From assembly GCA_964016885.1 (NCBI GenBank), contig OZ024762.1:4588001-4652000 (forward strand): a DNA stretch of 64,000 nucleotides, written 5' to 3'. Shown here one piece after another: positions 1-14,686 of this stretch. A program made the translations under genes and the position numbers. Position 1 is the stretch's first letter. Each line of letters starts with the position of its first letter. The stretch is from Eledone cirrhosa (lineage: Eukaryota). The notes below the pieces were generated by a model. That model saw only the letters and a program-made list of their open reading frames with translations, was not told the DNA's origin and ran no database searches.

Positions 1-190
1 AAATGGTTTAACCCCGACGGCAGAGCTCAAGCCGTTTCGACGGCTATTTCTGAGTCCAGAAATAGCCATCGAAACGGTTTGAGCTCTACCGTCGGGGTTA
101 AACCATTTTCCTATTACCCACTCTACTACCCTAAGTATTGAGTACTCTGGTGCGTCATGGTCCATCTGGTTCCTTACCACACTTCCTTCG

Positions 191-195
<5 letters not shown>
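1..195 (+). mobile_element. Palindrome-headed short element, family A (Penelope-like architecture)
   Basis: ~52-bp inverted arms (CCCCGACGGCAGAGCTCAAGCCGTTTCGACGGCTATTTCTG and complement) plus tail CCTATTACCCACTCTACTACCCTAAGTATTGAGTAC...CGTTA(TA)n; left edge may be cut by the window. Confidence 0.65.
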
Positions 196-228
<33 letters not shown>

Positions 229-404
229 CGCCATGCTTTGACGCATAGAGTTACGGCCCTTGCCATTCTGAGTTCAAATCCCGCCGAGGTTAACATTGCC
301 TTTCATCCTTACGGGGGGTCGATAAAATAAAGTACCAGTAATACACTGGATTATTGCTGGCCTTGTGCCAAACGTAGAAACAGTTATATATTTATATATT
401 CTAC

Positions 405-867
405 CGTTAAGGTCTTTTTCAAGAGTTCTGTAGCTCGGTGGTTTAAAAGAATTAACTTCTAATGAATATCGAACACGGACTATTGGAATTTACAAATCGA
501 TCATCGTGGAGCCGACCTCTTGTTCTCTAGCAACACCGACAACAACGATGGTGACGAGGATTCTGGTGAAGGTCGGTCGTTTCATGGTGGTGATGGCGGC
601 GGTCGTGCTTCTGCTACTTAAGCACTAAGGCCGTACATATCTCACGGGGTGGGGGGGGGGGCATAGCGATGATATTACGTAATATTCAGACATTTTAATT
701 TTCGTTTCTTTTTTTCTTTTTTCTTTTTTTTTTTTGTTCCTAAGGGCATAAGCGGTCTTGGTGAAATTAATTCCGCTCCAACCGGAAGTAGTGGAAACCG
801 GGTGGTAGACATACTGGCACGCCATTTTTATTAGGCTATTAAACTGTAGTTCTGAGAGTGATGCTCG
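405..867 (-). other. Candidate 5' UTR-like exon with several short ORFs
   Basis: Acceptor TTGTTGTTGCAG| before 867, weak donor G|GTAGAA after 405, CpG-rich unique sequence with multiple ATGs; an upstream strong donor AAG|GTAAAT lies at 2316/2315. Confidence 0.3.
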
Positions 868-1056
868 CTGCAACAACAACACAACCATCTCAGCACCAGA
901 AATACGCACACACACACACATACACAAATACACACACACACATATATACATATATATATACATATATATATAAATATATACAGGATGTCCCTAAAAGATG
1001 TATACACACTCAACGGCATTCTAATAAATATTGCCTGTACAGGTAATCAAAGTGTG

Positions 1057-1092
<36 letters not shown>

Positions 1093-1243
1093 TGTATGTA
1101 TGTATGTATGTATGTATGTATGTGTGTGCGTGTGCGTGTGTGTGTGTGTGTCGTTTCACTAATTTCCACTCTCCACTCATCTTGATTCCATTCTCTGCTT
1201 AAACGATGAAGTTTTTTTCCTTCATATAACGATTAAATAGCCT

Positions 1244-1940
1244 CCAGTGTATTACTGGTACTTTATTTTATCGACCCCATAAGGATGAAATGTAAAGCGG
1301 GATTTGAACTCAGAAAGTAAGGGGCCGTAACTCTAGGCTTCAAGGTTTATTGTCTGACGCTCTACCGATACCGCCAGTCCACTGTTCTATCCAATAACAA
1401 TAATAAAAATAGTAAAATAATTGTTTCTACAATAGGCACAAGGCCAGCAATTATCCCAGTGTATTACTGGTACTTTATTTTATCGACCCCCGTTAGGATG
1501 AAAGGCAAAGTTAACCTCGACGGGATTTGAACTCAGAATGGCAAGGGCCGTAACTCTATACGTCAAAGCATGGCGTCCCACCCTCTACCGATACTGCCAA
1601 TTATTATAATAATTGTTTCTACTTTTGACACAAGGCCAGCAATTATCCCAGTGTATTACTGGTACTTTATTTTATCGACTCCGTAAGGATGAAAGGCAAA
1701 GTTAACCTTGGCGGGATTTGAACTCAGTCCGTAAAGGGACGTAACTGTGCTGCAAAGCATGGCGTCCAACCCTCCACCGACACTGCCAATCCAATGTTTA
1801 CTAATTTAAGCACAGGGGGAAGGGTTAGTTGATTAAAAGCACCACAATATATAACTGGTACTTTATCTTATCGAGCCCGGAAAAACTAAAGGCAAAGTTA
1901 ACCGCTGTAGGATTCGAACTCAAGACGTAAAGAATCACAG
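1244..1940 (-). mobile_element. Cluster of four head-to-tail copies of the dominant SINE
   Basis: Repeated CTGGTACTTTATTTTATCGACCCC...GGGATTTGAACTCAG blocks near 1255, 1467, 1658 and 1855. Confidence 0.85.
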
Positions 1941-2841
1941 CAACAACACCAGCAACAACAACCAGTATCACTACAAATAACTCCAATTTCATTAACCATC
2001 CAAGCAGTCACTCAACGGGCTAGAAACAACAGCTAAAGTCGCGTTAATCACACACCTTCCTTCCACCTGTTTCTTTTTAAAAAAGCAAAAAATATGAAAG
2101 TATAAGATAGGATAATGACGGTGAGGCGTAGCAGTCACGGCTAGCACGCCGCCGTTGATTATGACAGGTGTGTCGGATGATGGCAGCCACTAGGTATAAA
2201 AGGTATAAACAGCAACAACTACTACTACTCCAACAACAGCAACAACAGCAGCAAAAACAAATTTGAATGGAAAAAAAAAAAATTAAAAGGAAAATAATAT
2301 AGTTTTATAATTTACCTTGTGTGTCCTGAAGACGTTTCTTGAAAACAGTTTTATAGTCCGAAATATTGATATATATATATATATATATATGTGTGTGTAT
2401 ATATATATACAAAGGTGACTTAAGAATTCTGTACCCTTATAGTTTTTTGCTGTCTCTCTATATATATACGTATGTATGTATAAATATATATATATATATA
2501 TATATGTGTATCTATATATGTATATATTATATATTTATGTATATAGTGTATATATTATATAATATATATATATATATATACTATATTTCTATATTACTCT
2601 CGTAATTTATTTTCTCTTCGTTAATATTGTATATATTTTTACATTTTTTTCAATATTTTTTTCAATTTTCTTTGCTATCTTTATTCTGGTTTGGGAATGT
2701 GAGAATTATATTATATATAAATGTGTGTGTATGTGTGTTTGTATGAGTGGATGTATATATGGATGAATAGATGGGTGTATGGATCGATAGATGTACGGAT
2801 AGACGGATTAAATAAATGTGTGTATGTGTGCAAGTGTATTT

Positions 2842-2899
<58 letters not shown>

Positions 2900-3391
2900 G
2901 TATATATCTATATATATATGTGTATGCCTGTGTGTGTTTGAGATTCGATATGTATGTTATATATTTATATGCGTATATATATGTGTGTGTGTGTGTGTGT
3001 GCGTGTGTTTTGGTGTCAGTGTGTGCGTATCCTAGGTGAATCGGCTTGTCCCATGTTCGATGCCCAGATCAATTCAAGTTTGTTAGTAAACCACACTACA
3101 ATTGTCGGCTTAACGTTTCGGTGGCCGGCTGGTCGTCGTCGGTGGTGGGGTGTATGTAAAAATCCAATATGAACGCCAGTGATGGCGGGAACGAAAGGAA
3201 GAGAAACAGGGGCGGCAGTGGAAATGTCCTGAGAGGCAGTAGAGCAGACGGCTGCAGTGACTGGGACATCATATATTTCATATACACATATATATATTAC
3301 ACACACATATATTCATGTAGAGATATATATATACACGTGTGCATGTGAACATATGTATATATATATATATGTGCGTATGTAAATGTTTTTG

Positions 3392-3433
<42 letters not shown>

Positions 3434-4611
3434 ATATTTTATTATGTATTATACATATATATATATATGTATATATTTGCCGGCTATAGGTAAACGTGTA
3501 TATAAATATATATATACATATATATATATATTTGCCCGTGGTAAAAAAAAAGTGCCTCTGGATTGTAGGGCGGCAGACTTGTCACTATGGTACCGGCAAT
3601 TCTCTCGCTTTTTCTTGCAGCGGTTCCACCACCACCGCCACCTTCTCCACTGAACAGACAGACAGTTTCACACACATACACACACACACAAGCTAACTCA
3701 CTTACATACTCACTCACATACATACATACATACATACATAGACACTTGTAGACAGGCACGCTCACACACACATATATATATATATTTATATATACACCTG
3801 TTGAAACAAAGATTACAAAATACATATATCCGCACACACAATTACACATATATATATATACATATAAATATGTGAGTGTGTGTGTGGGGGGGGGGGGTGC
3901 GTGTGTAACACAACATTGCAACACATACATAAACATGAATGTCTACACACACACACACACACACACACAGAGAGATTCATACACATTTACACTGATAAGA
4001 GGGTACATATATCAATACATACAACATACACACAGACACACACACACTCACATATACACACACACACAGACACACATACACACACAGAGAGACACAAACA
4101 GACAGACAGACTCAAACACAGACATACACGCACTCAGACATACACACACACACACACACTGACACACATATTTACACTGATAACTACCTACATATATCTA
4201 TATATGTAACAATCACATACCTGGACATCATTTATTGTAGCAGACACATTAACAGATTTAGACACACACACACATACACATACATACACATACACATACA
4301 GACAGACACACATAATATATATATATATGCACACATACACCTACAAACATACACACACATATGTATATATATATATATACACATAGATACATATGTACGA
4401 ACATACATACACACACACACACACACATCTATATATGCATACGTATACATACGCATAAGCATATATGTATATATATATATATATACATACATCACATATA
4501 CGCACACATACACGCATATACATACATACATATATACATACGTACATGTACACACGCAAACATATACACAGAAACACATACGCACGTATACATAAACATA
4601 CATACGTACAC

Positions 4612-4672
<61 letters not shown>

Positions 4673-5583
4673 GGCAAAAACCAGACACTTGCCAATTTAC
4701 AGATAGTAACTCCAAATATTCACATACACACACACACATATACACACATACAGACACGCATACACTCACACATACACACACACACATATACACACATACA
4801 GACACGCATACACTCACACATACACACACACACATATACACACATACAGACACGCATACACTCACACATACACACACACACATATACACACATACAGACA
4901 CGCATACACTCACACATACACACACACACATACACACATACAGACACGCATACACTCACACATACACACACACACATATACACACAAACAGATTCACATT
5001 TACACATACGCAAATTTACAAACATACAAATAAAGAGGCGTGATGGAAGAGACATACATACATACATACATACATACATACATACATACATACATACATA
5101 CATACAGACAGACATACATACATACATACATACATACATACATACAGACTTACATACATACATACAGACATACACATATATATACATACAGACATACATA
5201 CATATAGACACAAATAAATACACACACACACACAGACATACATATTCCCACACATACACACACACAGACATACATTTTCGCACACAAACACACATACATT
5301 CATACACACATACATATATATATATATTGCTAAGCTTTTACATACTAACATATATTATAAACACATGTACACTCACTGAAATATACACACATACACATTC
5401 ATCTGGGCAGATACACACACATCATACTCACATATACGTAGTTAAATGCATACATATTGACACACATATGCATGCGCATATATATATATATATATATATA
5501 CATGTATATATACATATACATATGCATATACACACACACATGTATATATATATATATATACATGTATATATAAATATGTAAAA

Positions 5584-5625
<42 letters not shown>

Positions 5626-5757
5626 TTATAAATATATGTATGTATATATATACATATATATACACACATATATATACATGTATATATGTGTATTTATATA
5701 TTCATTACGTACACACATACACACATATGTGTATATATGTGTGTTTAAAGAATTTAC

Positions 5758-5974
5758 CTTTATACGTTCGCATTCTGTGGGATTTCTGCCAAGTAGGTCT
5801 TCTATCGTCTCCAACCGAATACTGCTCATTTGCATGAAAACTTATAACAACAATATTTGTTGTTGTTTTTATTGTTGTTAGCGTTATGGGTTGGAAGGTA
5901 GAGCACCGCCTTAAATACTGTCTGGAATTTAGTGACCCCGTTTTTACGGTCTGTCTTCAAATTCCTGACACAAT
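5758..5974 (-). other. Candidate spliced exon (non-coding or 5' UTR)
   Basis: Acceptor TACTCAATTTTGCAG| and donor AAG|GTAAAT bracket 217 nt of unique sequence; no recognisable protein. Confidence 0.35.
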
Positions 5975-6015
5975 CTGCAAAATTGAGTACTGGGATCGAC
6001 CTAAACTTCAAGATT

Positions 6016-7310
6016 ATAGACTGTAGTCGACTTAATACACGAGGTTGTATACTGTAGTCGACTTAATACACGAGGTCATGTACGGAGGTCGTCTTAATAA
6101 ACGAGGTCATGTCCTGAGGTCGACTTGATACGCGAAGTCATGTACTGAAGTTGACTTAATATACGAGTTCATGTACTGAGGTCAGCATAATACACGAGGT
6201 CATATAATGAGGTCGACTTAATACATGAGGTCATATACTGAAGTCGACCTAATATATATACGAGGTCATGTAGGAGATAGACTTAATACACGAGGTCATA
6301 TACTGAAGTCGACTTAATCTTCGAATTGATATACTAAGTCGACTTATCTACTAGGTCATATAATGAGGTCGACGTAATCCATGAGGTCGTGAGCTGAGGT
6401 CGATTTAATCTACGAGGTCACGTACTAAGGTCGACATTATCTACGAAGTCATGTATCAACGTTGAAGTGATCCACTAGGTCAGAGATGGGGAATCTGCGG
6501 CCTTCTATGCCATTTTGTGCGGCCTTTTTCAGAAATTTCCAACAAATTTTAAATTTTTATTGCAACCGATTTGCAACCTATCAGAATGCTCTGCTACAAT
6601 AAGCAATCACAACAAAATCGTTAAAACCTTTAAAACATTTTTTTTTTTTTATCTCTTTAGATAAATAATTGTTTCTACTTTAGGCACAAGGCCAGCAATT
6701 ACCCAGTACATTACTGGTACTTTATTTTATCGACCTCGTAAGGATGAAAGGCAAAGTTAACCTCGACGGGATTTGAACTCAGACCGTAAAGGGACGTAAC
6801 TATGCTGGAAAGCATGGCGTCCGACCGTCCACCGATACTGCCAATCCACCTTTAGATAAATAATTGTTTCTACGTTAGGCACAAGACCAGCAATTACCCA
6901 GTGCATTACTGGTACTTTATTTTATCGACCCCGTAAGGATGAAAGGCAAAGTTAACCGGGATTTGAACTCTGAATGGCAAGGGCCGTAACTCTATACGTC
7001 AAAGCATGGCGTCCGACCCTCTACCAATAATACATGGTAATTAGATTTTTACAAAATAATGTAGATTTTAAGAATATATAATTATGGCTTCTTGAATGTG
7101 GCCTTATTATACTACGAGTAACATATTGCGACCTTTCAACATGGAAAGGTTCCCCACCTCTGCACTAGATTATATGTAATGTCGACTAATCCACGAGGTC
7201 ATATACTGAGGTCGACTTATCTACTAGTTCATGTGTGAAGGTCAAATTAACATTGGAGGTCATGTGCTGATGTTGACTCAATCCATGAGTTTATGTACTA
7301 AGCTCGGCTT
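6016..7310. repeat. Degenerate 31-bp minisatellite (GAGGTCGACTTAATACACGAGGTCATGTACT), split by the hAT MITE
   Basis: About 15 units at 6016-6480 and about 4 more at 7175-7310. Confidence 0.8.
6481..7162. mobile_element. hAT-superfamily MITE carrying two inserted SINEs
   Basis: TIRs CAGAGATGGGGAATCT / AGGTTCCCCACCTCTG (14/16 match); 8-bp TSD CACTAGGT(6473-80)/CACTAGAT(7163-70). Confidence 0.8.
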
Positions 7311-7317
7311 AAAATAC

Positions 7318-7735
7318 AAAGTCTCAAGGTTGTATCATATATAAACTTTATTCAAATATGAGATTTGTTTCGATATCGAACGGTTCAAGGTATGATCAGG
7401 ATACTGGGACCTGACTCTTCATTGAGAGCTCATCAGATATTGTGTTCTGTGCATATACACCCGTATACCTGATGGTCGATGGAGAATAGGGCTCCAATTA
7501 TCCTGATCACACTTTGAACTGTTCGATGTCGATTTGTCATATTTCAATAAAGCTCATATATGATACAACACTGAGACTTTGTTCTAGCTTACTTTTTATT
7601 TACACTCTGCAGGTTACAGCTGCCCTTAGCCCTTAGCTACATAGAAATATAAACCCTACACGTGACGGACCTTTGGGACTGTATGGAGTACTCTGAGTGG
7701 CGTACCACCTGAAACCAACGTTAAACACCTACCTA
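7318..7735 (+). mobile_element. Long imperfect inverted repeat (~90-bp arms, 7318-7580) with unique tail; probable Penelope-like terminal structure
   Basis: AAAGTCTCAAGGTTGTATCATATA...GATCAGGATA pairs with TATCCTGATC...TATATGATACAACACTGAGACTTT; tail contains GAGTACTCTG like family A. Confidence 0.5.
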
Positions 7736-8475
7736 ATATATATATATACATATATATATTGTTATACTTGGGGAGGGTCATATTTGTGTAATAATATTGC
7801 CAGAATTAATAACAGAACACACTCACTGTTTGGTTGGTTTTCGCTTCTGTGTCTTTTATATCGGTTAATTTAATTTATTCGGTCCTCAATGTTACCATTG
7901 ACTGACCAACGGTCAAAAATACAGATACACTATAGACACAAACACATATATATATAGTCTATCAAAGTTCTTTCGTTGCACATCTGCAACATCGTCAGTG
8001 GTGCTGTTATGTTTCCTCGTGTTGTATTGTATGCCTACGCCATCTTTATTTAGTCTGTTTATTTATTTATTTATTTTTGCCTTCTTCTCTGCGCATGCGT
8101 TTGCGTGTGTATTGTGTTTGGGTGACTGTGTATTGGTTATTGTATTCTATCTTAGTTTACTAGTGTGTGTTTATATGTGTATGTATTTTTTTTTTTTTAT
8201 TTATACTTCTCTTAGGTCAGTATTGTTTGTTTGGGTGTTGTTGTTATTCCATTCATTTTTTCTGTTTAGCTTTGGCCTTCTAAGCTCTATTTCGTTGGCC
8301 TCTCTGATGGGTCATTTCTATGTTTAGATATTATTTTAATTTCTGTTGTCTATGTTACCGTCGTGTTGTTGTCTGGTGTGTTCGTATAGTACTGTTTTTT
8401 CGTCCTTTTAGTTCCCCATATTTGTTTCGACACACGATTTCATATCAAAAACCTCGCAAAACTAATTCATCGCCG

Positions 8476-8528
<53 letters not shown>

Positions 8529-9175
8529 CACGTATACACATTTAGAGAGCGATTTATACATAAATACACACACATATTATATATATATATAGAGATAGAG
8601 AGAGAGAGAGAGGGGGGCGCGTTTGTTCCTAATATTTCATGATTAGTGTCGAGAAAAGCGAAAGCTTTCTACAAACACACACACAGATACACTCAGACAC
8701 ACACACACTCACACACACACAGATACACTCACACACACACACACACACACACACACCCTCACACACAGATATACTCTCACACACACACACACACACAGAT
8801 ACACTCTCTCACACACACACAGATACACTCACAGATACACTCACACACACTCACACACAGATACACTCTCACACACAGATACACACACACAGATACACTC
8901 TCTCACACACACGCACACATACATACATACACAGATACACAGACATATATTTACTTGCATAATTATATATTTATTTATCTGTTTATTGGGCGAAAGTTGC
9001 CAAAATATCGTTCATGTGTCTTATTCTTGAAATTCCACAACATTAGAATATATTAGAGTGGTTGATGGTGGTGGGGGGAGGATAGCAACAGAGGAAGGTG
9101 GAGTGGTGGGGTGGGGTGGTTTGAAGGGTAGTAGTGGAAGAAGAAGAAGAAGAAGAAGAAGAAGAAGAAGAAGAA

Positions 9176-9255
<80 letters not shown>

Positions 9256-10414
9256 GCGGTGGCTGGTTTGTTAGTATTTCTAATCTAGCTAATATAGATA
9301 TTACACATATCCAAACAAGATCGAAAGAACAATGGGCACTGTCCCCTCTTCTTCAGACTAAATAGATACAAATTAGGTGGGGGTAAAATTATGAAAGGAG
9401 TTCACATAACACCCTTAATAAACGCTCATTAACCGACATCGGAGACTGCGAATTTTCAGAGTTGTTAGAACGTCGGATAGAATACCTTGCGGTATTCGTT
9501 CCGGCTCTCCTCTGTTTTCTGAGTTCAAATCCAGGCAAGGTCAACCTTGCCTTTCATCAATTTCAAGGTTGGTAACAAAGTACCAGTCAACTACTGTGGT
9601 GGATTCTTCCTTTATATCTCTTTCTCACTTCCATTCTCTCACTCTCTATCCTTCTCTGGAAGAAATTTGCTGTATTCAGATCTGGTGAGGAGATGGGCTT
9701 CGCCAGGTTTTAAAATGTCCTAGAAAAGCCGTATGTCAATTTGGCGCCCTTTCGACTCCCACGGGGGTTACGGGTCCATACATACAACCGACATCAGAGG
9801 CGGCGAATTGTCAGAATTGTTAGAACGTCAGATAGAATACCTTGCAGTATTCATTCCAGCTTTCTGCTCTCTCAGTTCATATCCCGCCAAGGTCAACTTT
9901 GTCTTTCATCTATTCAAGGTCGATAAAACAATAGCAGTCCTTTTGCTAATTCATCCACCATTGTTATCTCCCCTGATATCTGTATCACCCAGATTTCAAA
10001 TCATTCGTATTTGTTTATTATTCTCTGATAGTTATCAATGTCTGAGTTGCCATTAACAAAATGGAAAAGATCTACCCAGAAAAATCTAAATATCATTCTT
10101 CAGAACTGTGTTCGATTTCTAGACTGGCTTGTGTGTTGTGTTCTTTATTTCATCGATCCCGTAAAGAGGAAAGGCAAAACTAACCTCGGCAAAATGCAAT
10201 ATGGTAAAAAAAAAATAAAAAAATCAATAATACACACACGTGTAAATATATAACTATGCCGCAAAGCATATAATCCGACGCTCTACCGACACTGCTAACC
10301 CAAATCAGGGGTTGGCAAACTACGACTCGTGAGCCAAATTCAACCCGCAGCTTTATTTTAACAAGCCTATATAATTCACTCAATGTCTGATGTTGCATAG
10401 AAACATTCTTTATT

Positions 10415-10740
10415 TTACGAGACCCAGAGGTAGACCACGAGCAAGATGGTTGAATAACAGCCATTTATCTGTGTTGATCGAGATATTACGAGACCCAAGA
10501 GGTAAACCACGAGCAAGATGGTTGGATAACACCCATTTATCTGTGTTGATCGAGATTTCATGAGACCCAGAGGTAAATCACGAGCAAGATGGATGGATAA
10601 CGCCCAAACTGTTCAGTTGATCTCGCTTGGTGATCTAGGCGAACTAGAAACAGCTGCTTCTGACAGGACCTTCTGGAAGGTATGCCTGGCGACTCTTGCC
10701 CCTAAGACTGTCACAAGAAGAAGAAGAAGAAGAAGAAGAA
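10415..10740 (+). mobile_element. RTE-clade LINE 3' end with ~71-bp triplication and (AAG)n tail
   Basis: RPRGRPRARW-coding segment at ~10421, ~10492 and ~10564, then AASDRTFW and a (GAA)n tail. Confidence 0.7.
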
Positions 10741-12659
10741 TTTTTTGATTTTTGAAATTGTTGTTGTTGACTTTGTATTGTTGTTGTATTACTATTGTTA
10801 TGTTGCTGTTGGTGTATTGTTGTTTTTTTTTGTGTTATTATTGTTATTGTATTGCTGTTGTTTCTTTGTGTTGCTGGTGATGATGTCGATTTTTTTTATG
10901 TTGCTGTTATTGTTATTGTTGTAATACTGTTGTTGTTCAATTGCTGTTATTGTTTTTTTTTTTTTTGCTTTTTTGTGTTGTTATTATTGTTATTGTTGTT
11001 GTTGATGTAAATGTTGTTAATATTATTATTGTTGATGTTGTTGATATTGTTGTTGTTGTTGTTGTTCCTTTGTTTCATTATATTCTCTTCTTTTTAACCA
11101 TTCCATAAAACAGTTACTTTGGAAAGAATTTGGCAAAAATTTCCATAATTTATTTATTTATTAATTTTATTATTTTATAAATATATATTTATTTATTGTA
11201 AATATTTATTTCTATATTTAATAATTGTTTGTAAATATTTATGGTTTAGTATATTTTAGTTTTAATTCTATTATTTTATTTTAATTTATTTTAATTAAAT
11301 TTAAAATCTAATTTACAGACGTAATGTTTTTTGCAGGTTTTTATGTTTTTTCCGCTGTTTCCTCCAACCAAAACAACAACAAACACTACCACCAATACTA
11401 CCACTAATACTACCACCACTACCATCAACACTACCACTAATATTACCACCCCTACTACCATTAATACCACCAATACAACCACCAACACTACCACCAACAC
11501 TACCACAACCACCAACACTACCACCAACACTACCACCAACACTACCACAACCACCAACACTACCACCAACACTACCACAACCACCAACACTACCACCAAC
11601 ACTACCACCAATACTACCACAACCACCAATGCTACCAATACTACCAACATTACCATCATCATCATCACATCATCACCATTATCACCATCATCATCACCAT
11701 CACCACAACCACACCACCATCACCATCACCACCACCACCACCATCACCACCATCACCATCATCCTCATTAACGTCATCACCACCACCACCACCACCACCA
11801 TCATCATCACTACAACAGTAGCACTGATTAGTCTCTCCCCCACCCCTGCCCCACAATATACGACATACAAACATATATCTATATAAATACAATACAACTA
11901 TGACGTCAGACTTACAAAATCTAGGTTGGTTAGTCTGATGTACCGATCGTGCTGGTGAGGGGAGAGTGGGGAGGCGAGGGGAGAGTGGGGAGGCGAGAGA
12001 GGGGGTGGAGGAGATCGGGAGGGAGGGGTTATTTATTTATTTATCTATTTATATTTTCTTTCTGATTATTTTTTTTCTTTTAATATTTTTGTCTATTTTT
12101 CTCAATTCAACAACAATTGCCAAGCAACCCTTTTCACATTTCCTCCTCCTACTACAACTACTGCTGCTGCTGCTGCTGCTGCTGGCCACCTTCTGGTATA
12201 AGGGGGAGGGGGCAGTGTTGAGGCCAAATATAATGTCCGATGAGATAACCAGCCAGCCAACCACCCTACCTGCCAGCCAGCCACCCAACCACCCTACTAG
12301 CCACCCAACCAGCCACATTACCTGCCAGCCAACCATCCATCCAACCATCCAACCCCCCTACTAGCCACCGTACCAGCCAAACCACCCTACTAGCCACCGT
12401 ACCAGCCACCCTACCAGCCAGCCACCCACCCAACCACCCAACCACCCTACTAGCCACCGTACCAGCCACCATTACCATCCAACCAGCCAAACCCCCGCAG
12501 GAGTTTCCTTGTGTCTGATCATGGGAAGGTACGTGACCTAATGGTTAGAGAATTGGAACTCACAATCATAAAGTCGTGGGTTCGATTGCTGGACCGAAAA
12601 GCGTGTTGTGTTCTTGAGCAAGATGCTTCATTTCACGTTTTTTGTTGTTTTTTTTTGTA

Positions 12660-13060
12660 TAATAGGACTGAGGAACCCTATCATTAAAAGACTCAGGAAA
12701 CCCCTTATGAGATGCAACCTTGTAGGAGACCAGTTAAACCTAGATAGGTGTGAGCTGTAACAATATGATATGGTTAGGGTCCTCTATTATTAAAACACCT
12801 CAGAAAACTACAATGAGATGCAGCCTCATAGGAAGCCAGTAGCTAAAATAACATAATAGGACTGGGGAACCAAACCTTAAAACACCCAAGAAACCTATGA
12901 CATACAATCTTATAGGAGGTCAACTAAACCTACATAGGTGTGAGTTGTAACAACAATATGATAGACATGGTGCCACTATCATTAAAACACCCTAGAAAAC
13001 CTCTATAATATGCAACTTCGTATGAGACCAGCTAAACCTATATAGGTGTGAGCTGTAAGT
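12660..13060. repeat. Old degenerate ~90-125-bp tandem repeat
   Basis: Recurring ATTAAAACACC..AGAAA..CT..ATGAGATGCAACC..TAGGAG.CCAG.TAAACCTA.ATAGGTGTGAG.TGTAA. Confidence 0.65.
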
Positions 13061-13516
13061 TTTATTTCGATATATATTCTTTGTGGATCGAAGATGGCAA
13101 GAAATCTATTTCAGAATGTTACTGTGCAGTGGAGGGCTGTCGCCCTATCCAGGGGACAAAGATTATCAGAAGAGAGATTCATCTTCCATCTGACGTGGCA
13201 GACTGCACGGATATGAAAGTCGGTGGTTTTTTGTTAAAAGCCAATCCAGAGAACCAGTCTTCGATGGTGAGACAATACTGGTAATACATAGATACATAAA
13301 TAATGTTATGTCGAGCAACAAAATGGAAGTCGGCCGGTTTTGCATACATACATACACATACATATACATGTATGCATATAAATAAACATACATATATATA
13401 GAGAGAGAAAGACAACACATCAAAAAATTATTATGTAATTAAAACTGATAGCGTATGGTCTTTTAAATGTTTTTAATTAAATATACGATATATTGCCAAA
13501 TAGACTATACACACAC

Positions 13517-13596
<80 letters not shown>

Positions 13597-13714
13597 GCAT
13601 ACTCCAGGATCCCAAATAAGAGGGGGGTTGGAATAAGCGGAGGGGGAAGTCGGTAATTGTATAGTGTAAGTTCGTAAATATGGGATTTCTTGTAATGTTC
13701 TTTTTTATCATATG

Positions 13715-13890
13715 TAATTGTTTCTACTTTGGGCACAAGGCCAGCAATTACCCAGTACATTACTGGTACTTTATTTTATCGACCCCGGCATTTGAACTCA
13801 GCGGGATTTGAACTCAGAATGGCAAGGGCCGTAACTCTATGCGTCAAAGCATGGCGTCCGACCCTCTACCGATACTGCCAATCCACCGCC
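13715..13890 (-). mobile_element. Dominant SINE copy (internal deletion)
   Basis: Matches the reverse complement of the SINE consensus. Confidence 0.85.
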
Positions 13891-14553
13891 CTTTTTTTAT
13901 CATATATAATGATGTTTATTTAATGTAAAATAAAATTATTATTAGATTCTCCAGCTGCTGTATCGATATGAATCACTTACAATAAAATTTCACCGTAGAT
14001 AGATAGCACGGGTGTGGGGGGTGGGGATTAATAAGCGGGAGGGAGGGCCATTATACAAGACCTAAGAATACATACATACACCACACACACCACTACACAC
14101 ACACATACACACACACACACACGTGTGTTTAGAAAGAGAGTTTATGATTTTTAAAAGATGATTAGATTCTCCTCCTCCCCCCTCCGCATGTACCCGTTTA
14201 TCTAGCGCAACTTTATAAGACCCCCCTCCCCCACCCCGACAATCCCCTCCTCCCATAACTGGCGCATTCCCCTCGCTACCATCCAGTGGTTGAGTACTGT
14301 TGCTCTGTCGTCAAGGAATTGTGTCAGATAATGTACTTTGCTATATATAATCGTAACACATCCATTTGTAGGTAAACGATACGGTTTCCTCTTACATCAG
14401 GTACGAATTGTTAGCGATACCTCTATAGATGCTCTCTTAGCTAATCCTGCCCCCACCCCCTCACTCTCTCTCTCACACACACACGCTCTCTCTCTCTCTC
14501 TATCTATCTATCGCTCTGTGTCTCCCCCTCTCTCTATCTCTCACGCTTTCTCG

Positions 14554-14592
<39 letters not shown>

Positions 14593-14686
14593 CACCATAA
14601 CTATAATCATGAATTCTATCTACCTATCATCTTGGTTATCGGTTAATCTCTTGGAGAAGCTCACATGACACAACACACACACATAT

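Noticed and set aside
56-90. GCCGTC-GAAAC-type motif in family A as a hammerhead
   Set aside because: Only a GAAAC-like half is present; no CTGANGA upstream in any of the four copies.
4361-5581. Long ORFs rich in YI/HT/CV dipeptides (also 16572-17639, 17677-18615, 62411-63238 and many others)
   Set aside because: Translations of (TA)n/(CA)n/(TACA)n microsatellites that merely lack stop codons.
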